IMG/VR virus record: IMGVR_UViG_3300010362_000010
Location: 1 to 40,624 of that record
Reading direction: 5' to 3' (one strand)
DNA from: a virus
Taxonomy: Duplodnaviria > Caudoviricetes
Length of the DNA stretch: 40,624 bases
In this document: positions 1 to 8,307 of the stretch, piece after piece
Position numbering within the stretch: position 1 is the first letter of the stretch
Layout of the letters: each line of letters starts with the position of its first letter
The notes under the pieces: model-generated
Told to the model about the DNA's origin: nothing
The model's database searches: none
The model's input: the letters and a program-made list of their open reading frames with translations, nothing else
Position numbers and translations under genes: made by a program

Positions 1-100
1 AGTTGAACATGCGTGCGATACGAACCAGCTCTAGTGCTTACTCGGTTGGCGGCACGTAGCACATTTCGGCTGGGGTAAAGCCATGATTCACCACCCACCA
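1..100. repeat. 100-bp terminal direct repeat, left copy (circular-assembly overlap)
   Basis: 1-100 (agttgaacat...ccacccacca) is identical to 40525-40624. Confidence 0.97.
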
Positions 101-109
101 CAATTAGAC

Positions 110-874
110 CTAACCACAATTAGTTCTGGTAAGTGGCAGTTGCATGGTGGCGAGACGTTTGGCCGCGTACTCGCACCACTGCTCTTCGCGCTCGATGCCG
201 ACAGCCGAGCACCCGAGTTCTCGCGCCGCGACCAGTGTGGTGCCACTACCCATAAATGGATCGAGCGCGGACTGCGCGCCAGTGCTAGACAGGGCACGTC
301 GCGGCAGGCTGAGTGGGAATGGTGCCGGGTGGCTGTTCTTGGTTTCCATGCCGAGCCGCCAGACGTTGCCAAACCCTGACGCCGAGTGATCCACCAGTTT
401 GAAGTCGGGTTTCACGAACAGGAAGATCCACTCGTAGACCGAACAATAGAACCGCACGTTTACGTCGATGCCAGTGCCACGGTCCCAGGTGATGATCTGG
501 CGCAGCGGTAATCCGAAGTCGAGACCGAGTGGCAGACGCAGATTGCCATGTTCGACGCGCGGGCGGTGGTTATAGAAGATCGCGCCACGATCGCTCAGCC
601 GGTTCCAACAGAGGCTGAGCACCCGTCGTTGCCAGGCGTCGTACTCGCCTTGCCCCATTGCGTCGTCGTGCTGGCCGTAGCCCTCGCGGAACCGCCCGGC
701 CTTATTGCCTGCGCCTGGGCGGTACATGCCTCGCCCGTTGCCGCCAGGGATTAATCCCATGTTGTAGGGCGGACTGGTGACGATCGCATCGACCTGCGCG
801 GCCAGCCTGGGCAAGACTTCCTCGCAATCGCCGTGATAGATCGTGATGCCATCTTGCTCGTAGAAAGGTTTCAC
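110..874 (-). CDS. Orphan amino-DNA methyltransferase (N6_N4_Mtase family, beta class)
   Basis: IYHGDC, catalytic VTSPPY, HPAPFP and SAM-binding LDPFMGSGTT motifs in beta order; no adjacent restriction enzyme. Confidence 0.93.
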   Translation of the reverse strand: MKPFYEQDGITIYHGDCEEVLPRLAAQVDAIVTSPPYNMGLIPGGNGRGMYRPGAGNKAGRFREGYGQHDDAMGQGEYDAWQRRVLSLCWNRLSDRGAIFYNHRPRVEHGNLRLPLGLDFGLPLRQIITWDRGTGIDVNVRFYCSVYEWIFLFVKPDFKLVDHSASGFGNVWRLGMETKNSHPAPFPLSLPRRALSSTGAQSALDPFMGSGTTLVAARELGCSAVGIEREEQWCEYAAKRLATMQLPLTRTNCG

Positions 875-1038
875 CTTTTCGTAGCCTTGCGATATGCCTT
901 GTCGCGCTGATCATAGGCTTCCTGCCAACTGAGCCACTCGCCGGTGCAGGCGCGTCTGTGGCTCGCCTTGGCGAGATGACCGACCACAACTCGGCCGCAA
1001 GTGCAGGTAAAGGATGGCTGGCTACTTCGTCTCATCAT
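871..1038 (-). CDS. Small putative Zn-binding protein, 55 aa (MMRRSSQPSFTCTCGR...HRRAC...)
   Basis: Translated by hand, below the ORF-track cutoff; CxC...HxxxC; its TGA overlaps the GTG of the methyltransferase. Confidence 0.55.
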   Translation of the reverse strand: MMRRSSQPSFTCTCGRVVVGHLAKASHRRACTGEWLSWQEAYDQRDKAYRKATKR

Positions 1039-1118
1039 TTAGTACGAGTCACCGGTGGGCCGATTTTTGACAGAAGCCGATTTAACAATTTGTCAGATCG
1101 AACTGCCATTAGATCTGG

Positions 1119-1286
1119 TTAGTCTCTCCACTTGATGCCGCACGCGCAGCAGTGCTCGTCGTGGGGCAACTCGAGTCGGCAGTGATGCACGGTCTCGGGC
1201 AAGGGCCACATCCGCGTGCGGTACTGGGCCAAACAGGTGATGAGCGTAGCCCACGGCTCTGACTGCGGATACGATGCGGGGTGCAT
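1119..1286 (-). CDS. Small Cys/His-rich protein, 55 aa (MHPASYPQSEPW...HCCACGIKWRD)
   Basis: Translated by hand; GGAGGT Shine-Dalgarno 8 nt upstream of ATG; C-terminal HCCACG. Confidence 0.55.
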   Translation of the reverse strand: MHPASYPQSEPWATLITCLAQYRTRMWPLPETVHHCRLELPHDEHCCACGIKWRD

Positions 1287-1316
1287 AGCGACCAACCTCC
1301 CGGTGTCGTTGTGCCC

Positions 1317-1350
1317 GGTCGGCGACGACGGGGCCTTATCGTCGCCGACC
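1317..1350. other. Perfect 12-bp inverted repeat (hairpin) in an intergenic gap
   Basis: ggtcggcgacga-(10 nt)-tcgtcgccgacc; no U-tract, so terminator function is not established. Confidence 0.6.
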
Positions 1351-1358
1351 TCATAGCC

Positions 1359-1670
1359 CTAGTCCTCACGCTCCACCCAGGCTAACCACTTCTCGGCGAA
1401 CAGGGTGACGTGGTCCGATTTGACATCTTCGCGCGTCTGAGAAAGCGCGCCGAGGAACATGGCCGACGCCTTGAGCACCGCCAGGCGGGTGATGGTGCGG
1501 TCTTTCGTCGTCGGCGTCGACGTGCCGTTGCGGCGCGGGCTGCGGCGCTCGGTGCACGTCTCGAAATGCGACCGGCCGGTGGCCGGGTCGAACGGACGAC
1601 GCCCGTCGTCCGTGTCACGCCACAGAATCTCGGCCGAGCAACTGCGGCAGATCGTGGTCGGCATGGCCAT
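1359..1670 (-). CDS. Hypothetical protein with N-terminal Zn-ribbon (CRSC...SHFETC)
   Basis: 103-aa ORF, start overlaps the stop of the upstream SWIM gene. Confidence 0.7.
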   Translation of the reverse strand: MAMPTTICRSCSAEILWRDTDDGRRPFDPATGRSHFETCTERRSPRRNGTSTPTTKDRTITRLAVLKASAMFLGALSQTREDVKSDHVTLFAEKWLAWVERED

Positions 1671-2029
1671 CAGAACGCCTCCGGCCGCATCCAGGCGAAC
1701 TCGCCATTGGGCAGTTGTTCGAGCACCAGCTCGGGGTCCTCAGGCGTCTGTTGGGCCCGCCAGGCGCTCAGCAGGATGCGCAGGGCGCGCACGTGCTTAC
1801 AAGTGAAGTGCGAGCCGTAGAAGCCGATGCGGCCGCGCCGCAGGCCGTTGCGGCGGAAGTCCTCGCAGTCGCACACGTCCTCGGTGACGAGGTAGCGCAC
1901 GTGCTCGCGCGACTGGCTGGGGACACCCCACAGCACCTCGCCGTTGTGGCCGCGGCAGCGCACGAATTGGCCAGCGTCGGACGCGATCTCGAGCGCTTTC
2001 TCGGTGCGCGGGTCGATAACAATAGACAT
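1670..2029 (-). CDS. SWIM zinc-finger protein
   Basis: Start MSIVIDPR with GAGGTG SD; YLVT..CDCEDF...CKHVRA matches the SWIM CxC..CxH pattern. Confidence 0.75.
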   Translation of the reverse strand: MSIVIDPRTEKALEIASDAGQFVRCRGHNGEVLWGVPSQSREHVRYLVTEDVCDCEDFRRNGLRRGRIGFYGSHFTCKHVRALRILLSAWRAQQTPEDPELVLEQLPNGEFAWMRPEAF

Positions 2030-2109
2030 TGGGCTGATCACCTCTAGGTCAGGTGGTTGGCTCGGAGAGGCCGTCCGCAGGTGATGACTGTGGGCGGCCT
2101 CGACGGTCA

Positions 2110-2307
2110 TTAGTCCTCGCGAGTGAAGACGATCTGGCGGCGCTTGAGGGTGCGGCACTGGAAGATGCCCGCGGGGCTCAGATACTCGACGATGATCTTG
2201 TCGCCGCGCTCGACCAGGAGCTGGCCCTGGCGCAGGGTGCCGTCGCCAAGCTTGACGGTGACGATGTCGCGTCCGGGAAGGCGGGCGCTCTCGGGGAAAC
2301 TCTGCAT
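2110..2307 (-). CDS. Hypothetical protein, 65 aa, probably leaderless
   Basis: ATG at 2307 lies 6 nt downstream of TATACT (2314-2319, minus strand). Confidence 0.55.
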   Translation of the reverse strand: MQSFPESARLPGRDIVTVKLGDGTLRQGQLLVERGDKIIVEYLSPAGIFQCRTLKRRQIVFTRED

Positions 2308-2313
2308 GGTCAG

Positions 2314-2420
2314 AGTATACTGGACATTTGACATTCACGCTACTATAATTTGACTCATGTACGACACTGTAACACGACACATGCATGACAACCGCTAGAC
2401 AGTCACGTAGCATCCGACCG
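2314..2420. promoter_or_regulatory. Divergent promoter region
   Basis: Plus strand: TGGACA-17-TATAAT (2321-2349) and ATGACA-17-TAGCAT (2385-2413). Minus strand: TATACT (2314-2319). AT-rich gap between divergent genes. Confidence 0.65.
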
Positions 2421-2618
2421 ATGCCCGCGCTCGTGCGGCTGCGCGACCTGCGATTCCGTGCTGCACTGACGCAAGACGATCTCGCGCGGCGAGCTGGCGT
2501 CTCGCGCCAGACCATCGTCCGCCTCGAGCAGGGCGACCCGAACGTGCGCCCGTCAACCCTGCGCCAGCTCGCGAAAGCCTTGCGTGTCAAGCCGGCCGAG
2601 CTCTGGGAGGGAAGCTGA
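2421..2618 (+). CDS. XRE/Cro-family helix-turn-helix protein
   Basis: LRDLR..LTQDDLARRAGVSRQTIVRLEQG..LAKAL; TGATG overlap with the integrase start; alternative start at 2385. Confidence 0.9.
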   Translation: MPALVRLRDLRFRAALTQDDLARRAGVSRQTIVRLEQGDPNVRPSTLRQLAKALRVKPAELWEGS

Positions 2619-3832
2619 TGCCGCGGCAAGCCAACGGCCAGGGCTCGAAACCGCGCTATGACGCCGCGCGCGGCAAGTGGGTCGTCAACATTACTGTCGA
2701 CGGTAAACAGCGGCCCATCCGGGCCGAGACGGAGCGAGCGGTTGTCCTGGCCGCTCAGAAAGCGCTGGTCGGCCTCGCCGAGGGGCTACCCCTGCCGTCG
2801 AATCAGCACACCGTGCGCACATACCTCGAGGAGTGGCACACCGGGCAGGTCCAGGACGCCCGCCTGCGCGCTACGACGCTGCGCGGCTACCTGGTCAACA
2901 TCCGCCACATCAGCGCTTCGAGTGTTGGCCGCGTTCGGCTGGGCCAATTCAGCCCGCAGGACGTCCAGAAGTTGCGCCGTGAGCTCGCGGCTACGGGGTT
3001 GGGCGCGAAAACCGTGAGCTACGTCATTGCCACGCTCAGAGTCGCGCTGGGCGACGCGGTGGAATTCGGTCTGCTGCCACGTAACGTTGCCCAGGTCGCG
3101 CGCCGGCGGGGCCGCAAACGGAACGTTGAGGAGCCCGATGAGCACGTTCGACCGCTCACGTCGGCCCAGATCGACGACCTGTACGGTGCTCTGACTGGAG
3201 AGCGCCTCAGGGCGTTATTCGTGCTGGCCGTGGTGCTTGGCCTGCGCCGGGGTGAGCTGCTCGGGTTGCGTTGGGCTGACGTCGACTTCGCGCGGCGCCA
3301 GATTCACGTGCGCTGGCAGCTCGCGGAAGTCACAGGTGACGATGGCGTCCGCCGTCTCGATTTCGAGCCGCTCAAGACGCGCGGCTCGAGGCGCACGATC
3401 GACTTGCCCGATCCGCTGCAGGACGTCCTGCTCGCACATTGCGACCGGCAATTATTCGAGCGCCGGGACGCCCTGAACCTGTGGCAGAAGCGCGATCTGG
3501 TGTTCTGCACTGAGTTCGGCGCTGGCATCGAGACGACCACGCTGTATCGGATCTGGGACCGTGTGCGGAAAGCAGCCGGCTTCAATCAACGCTTCCACGA
3601 CCTGCGGCACACTGCGGCGTCACAAATGCTGGCCGAGGGCGCCGAGTTGTGGCAGGTGTCGAAGGTGCTCGGCCACTCGAGCTACCAGTTGACCGTGGAC
3701 ACATATGGGCACCTGTATCAGGAGACGCGGCGTGAATTGGCCGACCGCATGGGCGCACGCCTGTCGGTTTCTCTCAGCAACCATGTCCAGAATCATGTCC
3801 AGACCAGCGCAAGTCGAGACTCAGTCTCGTGA
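2618..3832 (+). CDS. int: Tyrosine recombinase (phage integrase)
   Basis: N-terminal arm-binding-like region; catalytic GLRRGELLGL (R), LKT (K), FHDLRH (HxxR), LGH and TYGH (Y). Confidence 0.96.
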   Translation: MPRQANGQGSKPRYDAARGKWVVNITVDGKQRPIRAETERAVVLAAQKALVGLAEGLPLPSNQHTVRTYLEEWHTGQVQDARLRATTLRGYLVNIRHISASSVGRVRLGQFSPQDVQKLRRELAATGLGAKTVSYVIATLRVALGDAVEFGLLPRNVAQVARRRGRKRNVEEPDEHVRPLTSAQIDDLYGALTGERLRALFVLAVVLGLRRGELLGLRWADVDFARRQIHVRWQLAEVTGDDGVRRLDFEPLKTRGSRRTIDLPDPLQDVLLAHCDRQLFERRDALNLWQKRDLVFCTEFGAGIETTTLYRIWDRVRKAAGFNQRFHDLRHTAASQMLAEGAELWQVSKVLGHSSYQLTVDTYGHLYQETRRELADRMGARLSVSLSNHVQNHVQTSASRDSVS

Positions 3833-4033
3833 AATCACTGCTTTCCAATCTCAAAAACACTGGTGCCGAGGGGGAGAGTCGAACTCCCGACACCGCGATT
3901 TTCAGTTCCAATCTGTACCAGATTCTGGTGGTGCTGACAGGCTCTCTAAGAACGGTTTTTGCCCTCTCCCCGCTCGTGGGGGATCGTTAAGGTGCCCTGC
4001 GAACGACCCAATCATGTCCAAAAAACATGTCCA
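3782..4033 (+). repeat. Four direct CATGTCCA repeats in two pairs flanking the attP core (putative integrase arm-type sites)
   Basis: CATGTCCA at 3782, 3794, 4013 and 4026. Confidence 0.75.
3861..3906 (-). other. attP core: 3' half of a tRNA-Phe(GAA) gene
   Basis: Reverse complement ACTGAAAA TCGCG GTGTC GGGAG TTCGACT CTCCC CCTCGGC ACCA gives anticodon loop, T-arm, acceptor strand and CCA; the 5' half is absent; lies just downstream of the integrase. Confidence 0.9.
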
Positions 4034-4051
4034 GGGGTGACACTGAAACTC

Positions 4052-4561
4052 TTAACTACTCACAATCGCGGTGTCAGGCTCAGCATCGTCAGCGGGCAGA
4101 ATCTCAACCTCTTCCTTGGACACGTCAGCGTTCAGTTCACGGTGGCCCTGAGAGATGACTGAGCCTTTGATCTCGACGACACTGTGCTGACCGGGCGCGT
4201 CCGGGTCGGGCACTGCTCGCACCTCCAAATTGCTCAGGTTCAGGATGACCGTGGCACCGGTCATGTTGGTCAGCACGTCGATCTGGGTGGTGATGTGCCG
4301 AACATGCTGCTCGAGGTCGGCGGGGTCGATCAGCAGTCTTTCGATCGTTGTGCGAAACATCCGTGCGAGATTGACGAGGTGGCGCGGCCGCGGGACGGAC
4401 TCGGCATTTTCCCAATGCTCCACCTGGCGGTCAGTAGCGCCGACGCGGCGAGCCAGCTCTTTGCGGGTCAGGTCACGCTCGTCGCGCAGGCGTTTGATGT
4501 TGGCGGCCAGGACGCGTAGCTCGGGATCACCTGCGGGGGGCTTGAGATCGACTACCGACAT
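4052..4561 (-). CDS. XRE-family HTH repressor (putative immunity repressor)
   Basis: NIKRLRDERDLTRKELARRVG..QVEHWENAESVP..LVNLARMF; divergent from the early operon; no S24 peptidase domain evident. Confidence 0.85.
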   Translation of the reverse strand: MSVVDLKPPAGDPELRVLAANIKRLRDERDLTRKELARRVGATDRQVEHWENAESVPRPRHLVNLARMFRTTIERLLIDPADLEQHVRHITTQIDVLTNMTGATVILNLSNLEVRAVPDPDAPGQHSVVEIKGSVISQGHRELNADVSKEEVEILPADDAEPDTAIVSS

Positions 4562-4690
4562 CGCTGCAGCCTCAGCATTTTTGTGACATCTGAAGCGCAA
4601 GTATAAGCGCGGAGATGGGCTATTGACTCAGTAAGGCTCTGTAGGGATCAGCGTCCCTGTGTGCTCCCAAAGTCTGGGGAACGTGGTCTC

Positions 4691-4719
4691 TTGACACGTG
4701 TCGTTACCCAGCCTAGCGT
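4691..4719 (+). promoter_or_regulatory. Putative early lytic promoter
   Basis: TTGACA-17 bp-TAGCGT, upstream of a GAGGAGGGG SD and the 4804 ORF. Confidence 0.65.
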
Positions 4720-4803
4720 GGGCTTTTACTGACCCGCTCCACAGGAGTCAGGACGGCGGTTCTACCAGTATCTGGGAGAACTGGTTTCGAGGAGGGGAAC
4801 CAC

Positions 4804-5022
4804 ATGGCGATGCCGAACAGGATGCAGATTAGGCCGGTGCCGCAACCAGTGCGCGAGGACCGGTTGATGGGTTTGCACGAGGTGGCGACCCGACTGGGCA
4901 TCAGTTATCCACAGGTCAAACGTCTTGTCGGCGACGGCCGTTTGCCATCCGTTCGGTTGGGCGATCGCCGGCTCGTGCGCGAGTCCGACCTGTCCGCATT
5001 CATCGCGGCCCTGCCGAACTAG
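4804..5022 (+). CDS. Excisionase-like (HTH_17/MerR-type) DNA-binding protein
   Basis: LMGLHEVATRLGIS..VKRLV..GRLPSVRLGDRRLVRESDL..FI. Confidence 0.88.
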   Translation: MAMPNRMQIRPVPQPVREDRLMGLHEVATRLGISYPQVKRLVGDGRLPSVRLGDRRLVRESDLSAFIAALPN

Positions 5023-5025
5023 CTC

Positions 5026-5382
5026 ATGGCCCCAGCGAGCTCTGGCGTTACTGTGCCTGGCGCGAAGCGCGACGCCGAGCGCGCCTGGCAGGTCTGGAAG
5101 CACTACAACCCGACCCAGGCTGAAGACCCGCACGCCACCGCGCTGGCCATGTACGACCGCGCGTATCGCGACTGTCTGGCCGACGTGACCGACTTCGCCG
5201 GGCTGCATGCCGCGGTACATCGGCTGGCCGACCTGCTCGAGGCCACTCAACGCGAGCGCGAGGCGATCAGGCTCATTGCCGAGACGGACGCGGCGGGCTG
5301 CGCGTGGGGGCTGAGCAATGCGATGGCCGAAGCGCACGCGCTCGCCCATCCGGACGATAAACAGGAAAGTTTGCCCTTCTGA
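5026..5382 (+). CDS. Hypothetical protein ending in QESLPF
   Basis: 118-aa ORF within a coupled operon. Confidence 0.7.
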   Translation: MAPASSGVTVPGAKRDAERAWQVWKHYNPTQAEDPHATALAMYDRAYRDCLADVTDFAGLHAAVHRLADLLEATQREREAIRLIAETDAAGCAWGLSNAMAEAHALAHPDDKQESLPF

Positions 5383-5594
5383 TGCATGTACTCGACTCGA
5401 AACATGGCGTGGCCAATGGGCGCATCCACTCGTCACGGCGCCGACCGCCTGACGCATTCGAGCGGGTGTTCGCCGCGTTGCTGGTGCTGGGGTTCGTGGC
5501 GACCGCGGCGCTCGGGGCGGCGATCACGGCCGGCGCGGCGTGGTTGGTTGTCGTGATCGTGCAGGACCTCGCGAGGCGGCTGGGTCTGGGCTGA
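5382..5594 (+). CDS. Small membrane protein
   Basis: Long hydrophobic stretch; TGATG overlaps at both ends. Confidence 0.65.
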   Translation: MHVLDSKHGVANGRIHSSRRRPPDAFERVFAALLVLGFVATAALGAAITAGAAWLVVVIVQDLARRLGLG

Positions 5595-5782
5595 TGGGCA
5601 AGACGAATCGCAGCCGACCATGTGCCTGGCCGGGCTGTCCTGGCCACGCCGAGCCGCGCAGCGCGCTGTGCCTGCAGTGCCAGCTGCTCGGGCGCGAGCC
5701 ACCGACCAGGGCGCAGCGGCAACTGCTCGAGCTGGGTGTCTCCGCTGAGGTCGTGCTCGGCCGGTTGGCGGGCAGGGAGTGA
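5594..5782 (+). CDS. Small Zn-finger protein (CAWPGC...CLQC)
   Basis: 62 aa, four Cys, coupled start. Confidence 0.6.
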   Translation: MGKTNRSRPCAWPGCPGHAEPRSALCLQCQLLGREPPTRAQRQLLELGVSAEVVLGRLAGRE

Positions 5783-6028
5783 GCGGGTGATGACTCCGCT
5801 AAGCGGCTTCTCGTACAAGGCTCGGCTCACCCCCGTAGGCACTGCCCACCTTGACGTACGAAGGCCCCATCCAGGCCCCGGGGCATGTGTTGAGCCTGAT
5901 GTGCAGCAGAGCCGCGCATCCACAACTCTTGGCGTGAACGTTTTACCTGGCCACGTACTTCTGACCAGAACTCCCCGAACGCTCAGTTGTAAAGGAGCAT
6001 CCGCAGTGTATCTCGTCGTTGTCGCAGA

Positions 6029-6859
<831 letters not shown>

Positions 6860-6860
<1 letters not shown>

Positions 6861-7168
6861 TGCTCGAAACCGTCGCCGTGCTGCCACCCGAAACCGAGCG
6901 TCACTTTCAGGGAGCGGTAGTCAAGGTCGCGCGACTGTTCGGTTGGCGTGTGCAGTGGCACTGGTCGAGCCTGCACTCGCCGGCGGGCTTCCCGGACCTG
7001 ATTCTGGTCCGCGGTGAGCGGATGATCGCGGCCGAGCTGAAGCGAGAAAGGGGGCGAGTCGCGCCAGAGCAACAAGCCTGGCTCGAGGACCTCGAGCGCG
7101 TGCCCGGGATCGAAAGCTACGTGTGGCGACCAAGCCTGTGGGAAGAGATCCTGGAGATTCTGCGATGA
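6860..7168 (+). CDS. VRR-NUC domain nuclease (possible Holliday junction resolvase)
   Basis: E..FQ, GFPDLIL, AELK...GR...EQ..W, a PD-(D/E)xK pattern. Confidence 0.88.
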
Positions 7169-7410
7169 CGCCCAAGCTGGTCGACGAGCGGCACCGCCGC
7201 GCGAGCTCGCGCATCAAGGCCATCCGCCGCGGGCTGGATATGACCCAGCAGGAGTTCGCGGTCGCGCTGAGTGTCGCCGTCAGCACGGTGGTGCGCTGGG
7301 AGCAGCCGTCGGGGCAGCGCGTGCCGTCGCCAATGGCCGAGCGGATGATCCGTGACCTGTGCGCGCAGTACGGGTTCGACCAGCATCAGATGCGGCGCTT
7401 TGCCGTCTGA
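7165..7410 (+). CDS. XRE-family HTH protein
   Basis: IKAIRRGLDMTQQEFAVALSVAVSTVVRWE...PS. Confidence 0.85.
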   Translation: MTPKLVDERHRRASSRIKAIRRGLDMTQQEFAVALSVAVSTVVRWEQPSGQRVPSPMAERMIRDLCAQYGFDQHQMRRFAV

Positions 7411-7433
7411 AACGAGAACAAAGGACGAGAACA

Positions 7434-7853
7434 ATGACAATGAACGACCTCCGAACCGCGCTGGCGAACGACACTGGTGAGCTGCCCGACCGTTGGAACC
7501 CCGACGACGAGCCAGGCACCACGCTGGTTGGCACACTGCTCGGTATCGAAACGATCGCGACCTCGCTGGGCGAGGCGCGCATCGCTCACATCGAGGACGC
7601 CGATGACGGCCACGTGTGGGGCGTGATGATCGAACGCAGCGTGCTCAAGAACCGTTTCGAGCAGCTCCAGCCGCAGACAGGCGACACGCTCGGCATCAAG
7701 TACATCGGTCAGGTCGAGCCGCGGACGAAGGGCGGCAATGCGTACCACAACTACGTGGTGCGGGTGATCCGCGGGGCAACGCCGCCTGCGGCCGCGGTTG
7801 CTCAGCCCGTCAATCGACCCGACCGGGGCCAGGACGATGACCTCCCGTTCTGA
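7434..7853 (+). CDS. Putative ssDNA-binding protein with acidic DDDLPF tail
   Basis: Beta-rich core, low-complexity linker, SSB-type C-terminal DDDLPF. Confidence 0.65.
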   Translation: MTMNDLRTALANDTGELPDRWNPDDEPGTTLVGTLLGIETIATSLGEARIAHIEDADDGHVWGVMIERSVLKNRFEQLQPQTGDTLGIKYIGQVEPRTKGGNAYHNYVVRVIRGATPPAAAVAQPVNRPDRGQDDDLPF

Positions 7854-8307
7854 CGAGACCGAGGGCATCCGCGCGCAGACGCGGCTGATCGTGACACACG
7901 CGCCAACGCAGCGCTTCGATCAGCACGGCGCCGAGCTGCTCCAGGTCCGCGGCACCGTCGTCGATGCGAGCCGCCGCCATCCCATGGTGGTGGTGCGCTT
8001 CGCCGGCAAGCACCAGGCTGACCTGTACCGCTGGGCCAGCCCGGGCAAGCACCTGGCCGTTGACGGCTACCTGCGCGTGGAGAGCTGGACCACGGCCGAC
8101 AACCGCACCGGGCTGGCGCTGCTGATCGAAGCGCGCGACATCTTTCCACTGAACGATCCCGACACGAGCCCGAGCCGGCTCGGCATCACGAGTCGGCCGA
8201 GCACGCACACCGCGCGGCGTGCGCCAACAAACGGCTCGGACGTGGTTGAGGCGCCGACGGGTGCCGATCGCGCGGACATGCTGCGCAGGATGCTCGCCGA
8301 CGGGTGA
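7837..8307 (+). CDS. SSB-like OB-fold protein
   Basis: PGKHLAVDGYLRVESWTTAD...LLIEARDI resembles the bacterial SSB KG..V.VEGRL....W motif. Confidence 0.65.
   Translation: MTSRSDETEGIRAQTRLIVTHAPTQRFDQHGAELLQVRGTVVDASRRHPMVVVRFAGKHQADLYRWASPGKHLAVDGYLRVESWTTADNRTGLALLIEARDIFPLNDPDTSPSRLGITSRPSTHTARRAPTNGSDVVEAPTGADRADMLRRMLADG

Noticed and set aside
1109-1369. 86-aa ORF from the track
   Set aside because: An alternative frame (1119-1286) has a strong SD and a more protein-like sequence.
3861-3906. Functional phage-encoded tRNA-Phe
   Set aside because: Only the 3' half is present; there is no D-arm or 5' acceptor strand, so it is an att core.
4696-4709. 14-bp match ACGTGTCGTTACCC, also at 16438-16451, as a repressor operator
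   Set aside because: A few 14-mer matches are expected by chance in 40 kb, and I found no further exact copies.
5783-5990. c-di-AMP (ydaO) riboswitch upstream of the Rpf gene
   Set aside because: Only short fragments resemble the consensus and they are out of order; an Infernal scan would be needed.
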